64,000 nt of DNA from a virus. How positions within the stretch are numbered: the stretch's first letter is position 1; each line of letters starts with the position of its first letter. The notes beneath the pieces were generated by a model. It was given only the letters and a program-made list of their open reading frames with translations, was not told where the DNA came from and searched no databases. The stretch is from UHGV virus genome UHGV-0277313; one strand, written 5' to 3'. A program made the translations under genes and the position numbers. Shown piece by piece: positions 47,366 through 55,185 of this stretch.

Positions 47366-47845
47366 ATGGTAAAAATGATAAAACCAGAGGACTTAAAACC
47401 AATCGACAATATAATTGCAAGTACATATTGGTCTGATGGAGATATTTTAAAACAAGATTATAGTACCTGTTTTCATTATATTGCAGATAATTCATTTAAA
47501 TATACACGGTGTTCTGATAAAACTGATTTTAATAATCTTGATGAATTCTTTTCAAAAGTTTTGCAAGCAGTTTTGTCAGGTACAAAATTTATTATATCAG
47601 GACAATATCATTTTGGTTACGATTGTTACCTATTCAGAAAAGGGCATCCTTTGAATGAAAATATAGGAAAACACTATTTTATGGCAGCAATCGGATATAA
47701 AAAGATAAATGGATTACTAGAATATTATAGTAATAAAGTTTATCCAAATATAGTAGTTACGCCATATGATGATGGAAGGTTGCCGTATTTCAAAACTTTA
47801 GTGCGGAAAGCTGAATTTGGTGAAACAATTCTAAATAAAATTTAA
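47366..47845 (+). CDS. hypothetical protein, C-terminal-motif family (ends FGETILNKI)
   Basis: ORF. Confidence 0.55.
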   Translation: MVKMIKPEDLKPIDNIIASTYWSDGDILKQDYSTCFHYIADNSFKYTRCSDKTDFNNLDEFFSKVLQAVLSGTKFIISGQYHFGYDCYLFRKGHPLNENIGKHYFMAAIGYKKINGLLEYYSNKVYPNIVVTPYDDGRLPYFKTLVRKAEFGETILNKI

Positions 47846-47903
47846 AATAAAAATGATAAAAAAGAATCATAAATTTATTTTTAACATCACATAAAAAAAG
47901 TTC

Positions 47904-47932
47904 TTGACATTCAGCATTACTTTTGCTAATTT
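47904..47932 (+). promoter_or_regulatory. strong promoter copy A (AAAAAGTTCTTGACAttcagcattacttttgcTAATTT)
   Basis: Near-identical copy at 49461; A-rich UP-like tract, TTGACA, 17-nt spacer. Confidence 0.55.
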
Positions 47933-48236
47933 AGTTTTTGTCAGGTGATGAACTTGACAGCGAGTTTTTAGAAATAGTGAATATGATTTCCGTACTTAAG
48001 GAAAACCTCATCGTGGTTGTACGGTCTAGTATCTGTTTTATCAATGTTTCTTCATTGTGTTCATCTCCAAAATTATCCAAAATAAAACAGTGAAGCTAAT
48101 TTCCTTTCTTCTTCATAAAACAGCCTTGTCGTGGCGAAGAAGCTCTAGTAGTTTACGTTTGTAAACGAAGCTAATGTTTTACTCTTATTTTAAGGCAGCA
48201 GATGCAATTGTTTGCATGCAGTTGCATCTGCATTTA

Positions 48237-48328
48237 GGAAATGTGGATGAGTGGTTTAAATCAGCGGTTTGCTAAACCGTCGGGCATAGAAATATGTCCC
48301 GCAAGTTCGAATCTTGCCGTTTCCGCCA
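48237..48328 (+). tRNA. tRNA-Ser (anticodon GCT), class II
   Basis: Acceptor GGAAATG/CGTTTCC; anticodon loop TTGCTAA; long variable arm CGGGCATAGAAATATGTCCCG; T-arm GCAAGTTCGAATCTTGC; discriminator G then CCA. Confidence 0.8.
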
Positions 48329-48355
48329 AAAGTTTCTGTAGAAGATACAGGTTAC

Positions 48356-48449
48356 GCCTTCGTCGTTCAATGGTTAGGACACTCGGCTTATACCCGAGCG
48401 AGCAGCTGATATCTGCGAAATCACAGTTCGAATCTGTGCGGAGGTACCA
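48356..48449 (+). tRNA. irregular tRNA-like gene (94 nt), identity unresolved
   Basis: Good T-arm CACAGTTCGAATCTGTG and an acceptor with G-U pairs ending ACCA; two candidate anticodon hairpins (CTCGG-CTTATAC-CCGAG and GCAG-CTGATAT-CTGC); does not fold as a canonical cloverleaf. Confidence 0.35.
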
Positions 48450-48481
48450 ATTTTAATTTGCATTTTGAAAGTTGGGTAGAT

Positions 48482-49312
48482 ATGCAATATTTGACAAAGC
48501 CTTTTGTAAAATGGGTCGGTGGTAAAAAACAACTTCTTGAGAAATTAGGATCTTGTATGCCCAAAGATTACAATCGTTATTACGAACCTTTTATTGGTGG
48601 TGGAGCTTTATTGTTTAATGTTCAACCTAAAGATGCTGTCATTAATGATACAAACAGTCAGTTAATAAATGTTTATAATCAATTAAAAACAAACATTGAA
48701 GATGTTATAAAAACGGTGAATACTTTAGATAGTAAAATGTGTAATGAAGATTATTATCTAGAAATTCGTGACCGTTATAATTCAAAAATCAAATCAAAAG
48801 AGTTAGATGCTGAATGTGCTTCTTTAATGATTTGGGTTAACAAACATTGTTTTAACGGGCTATATAGAGTCAATTCAAAAGGGTTGTTTAACGTCCCGTA
48901 TAACAATAAAGTAAATGGCGTTTCAATTGATGAATGTAATTTACGAAACATCAGCAATTATTTAAATTTAAATAAAGTTGATATTCGTGAAGGTGATTTC
49001 GAAGCCGCTTGTTCCGATGTGAAAAAAGGCGATTTGGTATATTTTGATTCGCCGTACGTTCCAGTAAGTAAAACAGCAAACTTTACAAATTATACAAAAG
49101 ATGGTTTTAGTTTAAATGATCACAAACGTTTGGCTAAATTGTTTTGCACTCTGGATAGTTTAGGTGCGTATATTATGTTAAGCAATAACGATGTTCCTTT
49201 GGTTCATGAGTTGTATAGTCAATTTAATGTGACTTCTGTTGATGCCCGTCGTGCTGTCAATAGAGATGCAACAAAAAGGAAAGGTAAGGAAGTAATCGTT
49301 ACCAATTTTTGA
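48482..49312 (+). CDS. dam: DNA adenine methyltransferase (Dam-like, alpha class)
   Basis: KWVGGKKQLL, FxGGG motif YYEPFIGGGALLF, catalytic DSPY; the ORF may extend to TTG 48458. Confidence 0.85.
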   Translation: MQYLTKPFVKWVGGKKQLLEKLGSCMPKDYNRYYEPFIGGGALLFNVQPKDAVINDTNSQLINVYNQLKTNIEDVIKTVNTLDSKMCNEDYYLEIRDRYNSKIKSKELDAECASLMIWVNKHCFNGLYRVNSKGLFNVPYNNKVNGVSIDECNLRNISNYLNLNKVDIREGDFEAACSDVKKGDLVYFDSPYVPVSKTANFTNYTKDGFSLNDHKRLAKLFCTLDSLGAYIMLSNNDVPLVHELYSQFNVTSVDARRAVNRDATKRKGKEVIVTNF

Positions 49313-49325
49313 TTAAACAGATAGT

Positions 49326-49412
49326 GGATGGGTCGCATAGCGGCAATTGCTGGGGACTGTAAATCCCCCGCCTGAAAAGGCTTCGTTGGTTCGAGTCCAA
49401 CCTCATCCACCA
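49326..49412 (+). tRNA. tRNA-Tyr (anticodon GTA), class II
   Basis: Acceptor GGATGGG/CTCATCC (one G-U); D-arm GCATAGCGGCAATTGC; anticodon stem GGGGA/TCCCC with loop CTGTAAA; long variable arm; T-arm GTTGGTTCGAGTCCAAC; ACCA. Confidence 0.75.
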
Positions 49413-49460
49413 AAAATTTTTAAAAAGATGAAAAAAAGTTCTTGACAATTAGCATTACAT

Positions 49461-49489
49461 TTGCTATAAATAATACATCAAGACGAGAT
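49461..49489 (+). promoter_or_regulatory. strong promoter copy B (AAAAAGTTCTTGACAattagcattacatttgcTATAAA)
   Basis: Duplicate of the 47904 promoter; TTGACA N17 TATAAA. Confidence 0.55.
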
Positions 49490-50335
49490 ATTAAACATTG
49501 TAAATAAGAAACAGCCAAATGAAAAGGCCTTTACGTGGCTTGGCTGATAAGTAGCTTTCTTCATTTAGTGAATTTAGTGAAACCAACTTTTTCATTGTTT
49601 AATATCTCATATAACTTGAACTGTATAAAAACAGTACGGCTGTATAGACATAAGATGATTCTGCCTATATAGTTTCCGTCATCAGTCTGATTACCTTTTC
49701 GTGGTTTGACGGATAAGTAGCGACCTTCAACTGTTTATTTTCAAGAGCGAAGCATTGATTATAAACTGTCGCGAAACTAAAGTTCTGACATGTAACAGTT
49801 GATGAAATTTCCGCATCGGTTGTTACAATATGATAATGGTCTTGACGAATTATAACCCCAATTTAACGTACGGTAATGCGGGAAAACATAGTTGTTATAA
49901 TGACTCAAGATCTTTCAAGCTATTTGTTTAGCCGTTTTCAGGAAAGTTTTGGGGTGAAAAACTTCCTTGTTATTATTTGTAAAATATGCCTTGATTTTTA
50001 ATTTTCTATAACTTCTAATAAAGTAGAATAGGAAATTTTAAAAGGTTTTAAAATTAAGTTGGAAGATTTGTGATTTTGTTATACAGAGTGACTGAATCAA
50101 TGGAAGAAAGAGGTCGTTTTGTTTAGATTGCAAACCCAATTTGATTTTAAATAAAAAGAAAATCTGAGTGAAATAAAGGTTTTCTCCTTAGAAATAAGGT
50201 TCTTTTTAGACTTAAGTCTTCTAAATTTATATAAAGTTTATATTTGTTTAGATAACTGAGTTATTTTATCGCAGTTTATTGTTTTAGACTCAAGTTCTAA
50301 ACATTTCAGATCGAATCTGAATGCTGCTTCTAATT

Positions 50336-50400
50336 CAATCCTTTATTCAAGGATTGTTTCCGGTGATTCGCGATAGTCAGTACCGGTACAAAATCTGACA
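50336..50400 (+). ncRNA. two-hairpin structured RNA element, copy 1
   Basis: CAATCCTT-TATT-CAAGGATTG, then TTTCCGGTGA-TTCGCGATAGTCAG-TACCGG...CTGACA; copy 2 at 54415 keeps both stems through compensatory changes. Confidence 0.4.
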
Positions 50401-50718
50401 TCTAGATAAATTGAAATATGTTTATCTGTTAGGTTCCTAAAACCTATCATCAAAATTTAGGCGTCAAGATTGTTTCTTGCAGGTTTCTTGTTCACCTGAC
50501 AAAATGAACAAGCAGTGCAAACGCTGTAGAATCGTTGGCGGGTTTGTCGTTGCCCATATACCGACCAGAAATGATACTTGCTGATATTCTGATAGAAGTT
50601 CCGCTAGACTGATGATCTTCATGTAAAGTGTGTCAAGCTTTACATTATGACATTCTTAATTGAATGCTGTCAAAGGTTTTGTGTATTGTACCTGCGTAGC
50701 AAAACAATACACTTTTAA

Positions 50719-50794
50719 GCCGAAATAGCACAGTTGGTAGTGCAGTTGATTTGTAATCATCAGGTCGTGGGTTCAAATCCCTCTTTCGGCACCA
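50719..50794 (+). tRNA. tRNA-Thr (anticodon TGT)
   Basis: Acceptor GCCGAAA/TTTCGGC; D-arm GCACAGTTGGTAGTGC; anticodon loop TTTGTAA (one stem mismatch); T-loop TTCAAAT; ACCA. Confidence 0.65.
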
Positions 50795-50995
50795 GTTTAT
50801 TTAGGTGTTTTGCAAAGTTTAATCTCATTCGCTCGTTAAACTTTCCTTTCAAAATTCTCATCATCTCCAATTTTGATAAATGCAAAACAGTTCAATTCGT
50901 TTGTTTACCTTCACGTGGTTTTGAATGTAAGTAACTTAAGGTTTTTAACAACTGCCGTAGATCGTTTACTTAAGTGAAACTAAATAACAAACAAT

Positions 50996-51082
50996 GCCCT
51001 TATGATGGAATCGGTAGACATAACAGATTCAGAATCTGTTGGAATTACTTCCGTACCTGTTCGAGTCAGGTTAGGGGCACCA
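50996..51082 (+). tRNA. tRNA-Leu (anticodon CAG), class II
   Basis: Acceptor GCCCTTA/TAGGGGC; anticodon stem ACAGA/TCTGT with loop TTCAGAA; long variable arm; T-arm ACCTGTTCGAGTCAGGT; ACCA. Confidence 0.8.
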
Positions 51083-51085
51083 TTT

Positions 51086-51179
51086 GGGTGGTTGGCAGAG
51101 TCTGGCTTATTGCAACGGTCTTGAAAACCGTCGAACATAGGAATATGTTCCGTGTGTTCAAATCACACACCACCCGCCA
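51086..51179 (+). tRNA. tRNA-Ser (anticodon TGA), class II
   Basis: Acceptor GGGTGGT/ACCACCC; anticodon stem ACGGT/ACCGT with loop CTTGAAA; long variable arm CGAACATAGGAATATGTTCC; T-arm GTGTGTTCAAATCACAC; GCCA. Confidence 0.8.
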
Positions 51180-51185
51180 ATTTAT

Positions 51186-51278
51186 ACCCCGTTGTAGTCA
51201 TGGTGACCATCAATTGAATGCCTATAGCTCCAGTCAATTGGTACGGGAATGCTGTTCGAATCAGTCTACGGGGTGCCA
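51186..51278 (+). tRNA. irregular tRNA-like gene (93 nt), anticodon arm not resolvable
   Basis: Perfect 7-bp acceptor ACCCCGT/ACGGGGT + G + CCA and T-loop GTTCGAATC, but the T-stem is displaced by one nt and there is no canonical anticodon hairpin; contains near-palindrome TCATGGTGACCATCA. Confidence 0.3.
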
Positions 51279-51353
51279 ATTTTTTAAACAAGCCTTTACA
51301 CGCGTCATGATGACGATAGTCCAATATACATTTGAAGGCTTTTTTAAAAATTG

Positions 51354-51443
51354 GAAAATGACTGAGTGGTTATAAGGTGGGTGACTTGGCGAAGTGCCAA
51401 TTAACTTAAAATGTTAAGACGTAGGTTCGAATCCTGCTTTTCC
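51354..51443 (+). tRNA. irregular tRNA-like element (T-arm GTAGGTTCGAATCCTGC, acceptor TGGAAAA/TTTTCCA, no encoded CCA)
   Basis: Canonical T-arm and a 7-bp acceptor, but 22 extra nt between acceptor and the candidate anticodon hairpin TTAAC-TTAAAAT-GTTAA; probably a pseudo-tRNA or non-canonical tRNA. Confidence 0.25.
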
Positions 51444-51470
51444 AATTTTTTCAATTTTCTTGAATTTTAA

Positions 51471-51544
51471 ATAAGCGTAGCACAATGGTAGTGCATCGGT
51501 CTCCAAAACCGAGGATGAGAGTTCAATTCTTTCCGCTTATGCCA
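51471..51544 (+). tRNA. tRNA-Trp (anticodon CCA)
   Basis: Acceptor ATAAGCG/CGCTTAT; D-arm GCACAATGGTAGTGC; anticodon stem TCGGT/ACCGA with loop CTCCAAA; GCCA. Confidence 0.85.
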
Positions 51545-51560
51545 TTTCCTACATTTTTAA

Positions 51561-51637
51561 CGGGGTTTAGCGCAGTCTGGTAGCGCGCCTGCCTTGGGAG
51601 CAGGAGGTCGAGTGTTCGAGTCACTCAATCCCGACCA
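51561..51637 (+). tRNA. tRNA-Pro (anticodon TGG)
   Basis: Acceptor CGGGGTT/AATCCCG; D-arm GCGCAGTCTGGTAGCGC; anticodon stem CCTGC/GCAGG with loop CTTGGGA; T-arm GAGTGTTCGAGTCACTC; ACCA. Confidence 0.85.
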
Positions 51638-51824
51638 TATTAAGAATTCAGGTGAAAGCTAGTGAGTAACCTGTATCGTTTAACCCCACTGTGCGTCAAC
51701 AGGGTTTTGTACAGACAAAAATGAAACTGTATCGGGACGGAAAGTGTCCGATTATGCCGAAATGCCGACGGGCAAATCGTAAAGTTGTGGACCCGGTGGA
51801 CCACATTAAAAACCCACCTACCGT

Positions 51825-51847
51825 TTCCTTTGAAAAAACAAGGATTG
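51825..51847 (+). repeat. TTCCTTTGAAAAACAAGGATTG repeat, copy 1 of 3
   Basis: Other copies at 52149 and 52348; forms hairpin CCTT-TGAAAAACA-AGG. Confidence 0.5.
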
Positions 51848-52148
51848 TAAGATTGGATGATTTAGACTTATGATGAAACAGAATTAGGTTTTATTGATTA
51901 AGCATCAAATAAATCTTTGGTTCGTTCGGGACTTAGTCCGCACATTGAGGGATTAACGTCAGGTTAATGTACTTAGTAAGCCAAAGATGAATTGAAAAAT
52001 TCTGATATAAAACGTATTTTGGTTTTATAAATGTTCTTTTGGTGCTTAATCAATAGAAAATGGAGCATATTGTAATTTCTGAGAATGATATCTAATTAGA
52101 AATGAAAATACCCTAGGGTTCGGTTGAATATGTGATAGAACTCACCAT

Positions 52149-52169
52149 TTCCTTTGAAAAACAAGGATT
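52149..52169 (+). repeat. TTCCTTTGAAAAACAAGGATT repeat, copy 2 of 3
   Basis: Followed by a second CAAGGATTG. Confidence 0.5.
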
Positions 52170-52347
52170 AAGAGCAAGGATTGCCCTGAGATATTATGAA
52201 GGCGTATTATGAGGAAAAGAAACATAATGTGCTTTTATAATAAAATAAGGGTGTGGTTTAATTATATAGGGTAAATTGGTTCTTTTCCAACTCATTTATT
52301 ACTAGGATTAAAATCAGGTAGTGTATCCTGCCTCGTCCTTTTAAAAA

Positions 52348-52369
52348 TTCCTTTGAAAAACAAGGATTG
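52348..52369 (+). repeat. TTCCTTTGAAAAACAAGGATTG repeat, copy 3 of 3
   Basis: Exact motif. Confidence 0.5.
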
Positions 52370-52585
52370 AAGTTTGCATTTGGTGTAACTTTGGTTAAAT
52401 AGTCTTAAGCCTATGCGCAAGGTGTTTTAAGAAACGTTTGACGGGGGGCTATAGCAGATTCTAGAGGCTGTAAATAGTTTGTAGCATACTTAGAGTGGAT
52501 TTTAAGAGGTTATGTGTGAATCATAGGTGCAAAAATAAATTTTTAAATAAAGTAATCATTTAGATGTGATTACACTATTTGTCAG

Positions 52586-52614
52586 GCTGTTCGAGTGTTC
52601 GAGTCACTCAATCA
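52586..52614 (+). pseudogene. tRNA-Pro 3'-half fragment (duplicated T-arm region)
   Basis: GTTCGAGTGTTCGAGTCACTCAATC matches the tRNA-Pro T-arm at 51608-51632 and then diverges (..ATCATGA instead of ..CCCGACCA). Confidence 0.45.
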
Positions 52615-52625
52615 TGACTAACTAT

Positions 52626-52700
52626 TCCGTGATAGCTCAATGGTAGAGCAATCGGCTGTTAACCGATTGGTTGTAGGTTCGAATCCTACTCACGGAGCCA
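52626..52700 (+). tRNA. tRNA-Asn (anticodon GTT)
   Basis: Acceptor TCCGTGA/TCACGGA; D-arm GCTCAATGGTAGAGC; anticodon stem ATCGG/CCGAT with loop CTGTTAA; T-arm GTAGGTTCGAATCCTAC; GCCA. Confidence 0.85.
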
Positions 52701-53114
52701 TTGATATCTTATAAATGTTTTGGTTCGTGTGTGTGGTTCCAATTAATCAAAAAATGCACTGCTTGAGCTTAATCGGGCTGTAATTAAGTAACCTTTGGAA
52801 GACGTGGTTCGACTTCCCCTATAGAGGTGATATCGGTGAATGTCCTCGGCTCTTTCCTTCAAGAGTGGCGTAAATGTAAGTAACGATTACAAAAGGATGA
52901 TGACAATAATTTGTCCGTGAGTGATTCCCAAAAGAAGTACGTTAAGCTTCTAAACTTTAAAACATTTCTTTGAGTGCTAACATGCTCAATGAAACAAGGT
53001 TTTAACAGTTTCCTTGTAAATCTTAAACTGTCATAGTGCTTCATCTTATAAAGGTTTTTTGTTGTAATTCCAAAGATGAAGTTTGTTTTTTAAACTGAAC
53101 TAAGAGGTCTGGAA

Positions 53115-53462
53115 ATGATCGTTAAAAAAATAACAGAACGTACCGTTTATCCGTCGTCATATGAATCTTTATCTTTGCCAGAAAAGAGCGATATTGATTC
53201 ATTTATTAAGCAGTCAATTAAGGTTGCTTATAAGGCAGGAAAAACATTTCGTGTAGGTGATTATGTTGGAAGGAAAGCTTTTCCTGATTGGTCAAATACA
53301 CCTTTGGATCCGATTTATCAATATCATAAAAGAATTGGTACAACTGATCCAACGAAACAGGCAGGTATTGATGTAGGTCATCTGTTTAAAAATGCAATGG
53401 ATGAAAGTCCATTTTGTTTTGAAATTCATAAAGGGCATGTAAATTACTATACGCCTGTTTAA
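53115..53462 (+). CDS. hypothetical protein inside the tRNA island
   Basis: 115-aa ORF after AAGAGGTCTGGAA. Confidence 0.5.
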   Translation: MIVKKITERTVYPSSYESLSLPEKSDIDSFIKQSIKVAYKAGKTFRVGDYVGRKAFPDWSNTPLDPIYQYHKRIGTTDPTKQAGIDVGHLFKNAMDESPFCFEIHKGHVNYYTPV

Positions 53463-53545
53463 ACAGTGTGAGTTTGATGCAACAGCGTTTATTCCTAACG
53501 CAAATTCCATTCTTTTCAGTTCTGTGGTTGCTAAAACTGAATAAT

Positions 53546-53632
53546 GCACTTGTGGTGGAATAGGTAGACACGCAAGCTTGAGGTGCTTGTGAAAGAAATT
53601 TCGTGCTTGTTCGAGTCAAGTCAGGTGCACCA
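53546..53632 (+). tRNA. tRNA-Leu (anticodon GAG), class II
   Basis: Acceptor GCACTTG/CAGGTGC (one G-U); anticodon stem CAAGC/GCTTG with loop TTGAGGT; long variable arm; T-arm CTTGTTCGAGTCAAG; ACCA. Confidence 0.75.
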
Positions 53633-53676
53633 GTTTAGCAACACGAGAGACCAGCTTCCTTGTTTCTTGTTTGTTG

Positions 53677-53714
53677 CCAGCCAATCGACGAAGGCTGTAG
53701 TTACAGATTTCTGG
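53677..53714 (+). repeat. CCAGCCAAT..CGAAGGCTG..GTTACA element, copy 1 (about 45 nt downstream of tRNA-Leu)
   Basis: Copy 2 at 54843 sits about 40 nt downstream of tRNA-Arg; the CGAAGGCT core recurs inverted at 55012. Confidence 0.45.
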
Positions 53715-54379
53715 TTTTCGGTGAAATCGAAAAGTCAAATAACAATCAGTTTATTTGGCTGGTTGTTTCATAATAGGTTGCGGGTGATGAACCGATCCTT
53801 TCTATAAAAAGTAAGGGTGGGCTAATAAAATGCTTCCTTGATTGGAAGTTAAGCAAATCGATGGTTATCATCTTCAATCCCGCAATCGCGATTGTAATTT
53901 TATCGTCCCACCTTTATTTTACAAGTTTCTTGGTTTTGCTAAGCTTATTTAAAGGGCTTAGAGACCTTTTATCGCGGATTAGTGAAATGGTATCTTAAAA
54001 CTTCACACAAACCAGAGAAAAATAATGCAAGGTGAATAAAATTTTTCTTGCTTTTAGATTCTGGTTATGTTACTTTGATTAAGTTGATGGCGGATATGAG
54101 ATATTAAAGCTGTGCCATATATTTCTGGTAATGTCCGTTATTGATACCAGTCTTTGGTGGTTATCAGATATGCCCCAATATGAGTAAGGCTATTGATTGG
54201 TTACTTTGATTGGCATTTGAAAATACCGTAAGTTGTTCGGCAATGTGTGCGACAGTAACTGAGTTTAACCACATCAGGAGAGATGAGCTTGCTCATCGAT
54301 ATAGTCCCTGATACTGGAAAAGCCGATTTCATTGGTTTTCATTGAAATTGGTAACTATCACATTAGGCTCTTACCTTAA

Positions 54380-54408
54380 AATTACCAGTTCGAGTCTGGT
54401 GTCCGCCC
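54380..54408 (+). pseudogene. tRNA 3' fragment (T-arm ACCAGTTCGAGTCTGGT + acceptor GTCCGCC + C + CCA) without a matching adjacent 5' half
   Basis: Canonical T-arm and CCA; the only complementary 5' acceptor (GGCGGAT) lies about 300 nt upstream at 54087. Confidence 0.35.
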
Positions 54409-54414
54409 CCAATT

Positions 54415-54482
54415 CAATTCCTTACATGGAATTGTTTCTGGTAAGTTCGCGCGATAGTCAGTACCAGAACCTAAACCTGACA
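54415..54482 (+). ncRNA. two-hairpin structured RNA element, copy 2
   Basis: CAATTCC-TTACAT-GGAATTG, then TTTCTGGTAAG-TTCGCGCGATAGTCAG-TACCAG...CTGACA; covaries with copy 1. Confidence 0.4.
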
Positions 54483-54726
54483 AAGTCTTAGCATTGACTT
54501 TAAACTGCTTAACCTTATGCATAGAGATAGGATAAATGCTTCAGACTTTAAGCTGTCATCTTAAAGGGCTTTGCAAATTTACCGTAAATTGCCAGAAAAG
54601 AAGAGGCTGTGATAGTGTCTAGAATTCTTCCGATTGTGAGTTCGATAATCTCATAGATTTGACCGTCCATCACTTTTAAAGTGGCTCTCTTAGCTGGTTC
54701 TGAGTGGTCATAAAACCAGCTTTAAT

Positions 54727-54803
54727 GATTCCATAGCTCAACTGGATAGAGCCACAGACTTCTAATCTGTAGGTTGCAAGTTCAAGTCTTGCTGGGATCG
54801 CCA
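54727..54803 (+). tRNA. tRNA-Arg (anticodon TCT)
   Basis: Acceptor GATTCCA/TGGGATC; D-arm GCTCAACTGGATAGAGC; anticodon stem ACAGA/TCTGT with loop CTTCTAA; T-arm GCAAGTTCAAGTCTTGC; GCCA. Confidence 0.85.
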
Positions 54804-54842
54804 AAGTTTCTTTTTGTGATGATCTTACCTTTCGGGTCATCA

Positions 54843-54882
54843 CCAGCCAATAAGCGAAGGCTGATGTTACAACTTTCTCAAG
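54843..54882 (+). repeat. CCAGCCAAT..CGAAGGCTG..GTTACA element, copy 2
   Basis: See copy 1 at 53677. Confidence 0.45.
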
Positions 54883-55111
54883 TGTGAAAGTGCAGAGCTT
54901 GTTCGTGGATAAGGTTATTGCTTATTCCATACTATGTATGACAGGTTTTCCTTTGCTCCTTTAAAAATCGATCAATGAAGGTGTCAGCAGAATGCTTGTA
55001 TGTACTACAAGTTAAGCCTTCGTAAAAAGGAAGAAACATTGCTTTAGCATGCCTGTCATAGCGATGGTAATTTTGCCATCCCTTCATTGATCGTGAATAT
55101 TATTTTCGGGA

Positions 55112-55185
55112 TCGACTAAAGGTAGGTCAACACACTTTGACTGTGTTAATGTTGGTTCAAATCCAGCTCCCGAAACCAATTTTTA
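55112..55185 (+). tRNA. tRNA-Gln (anticodon TTG)
   Basis: Acceptor TTCGGGA/TCCCGAA; anticodon stem ACACA/TGTGT with loop CTTTGAC; T-arm GTTGGTTCAAATCCAGC; ACCA. Confidence 0.75.

Noticed and set aside
49219-49413. Minus-strand ORF (64 aa) overlapping tRNA-Tyr; also the plus-strand ORFs 48241..48456 and 50974..51375 over other tRNAs
   Set aside because: They run through or antisense to well-folded tRNA genes and have no ribosome-binding site. These are typical spurious ORFs in tRNA clusters.
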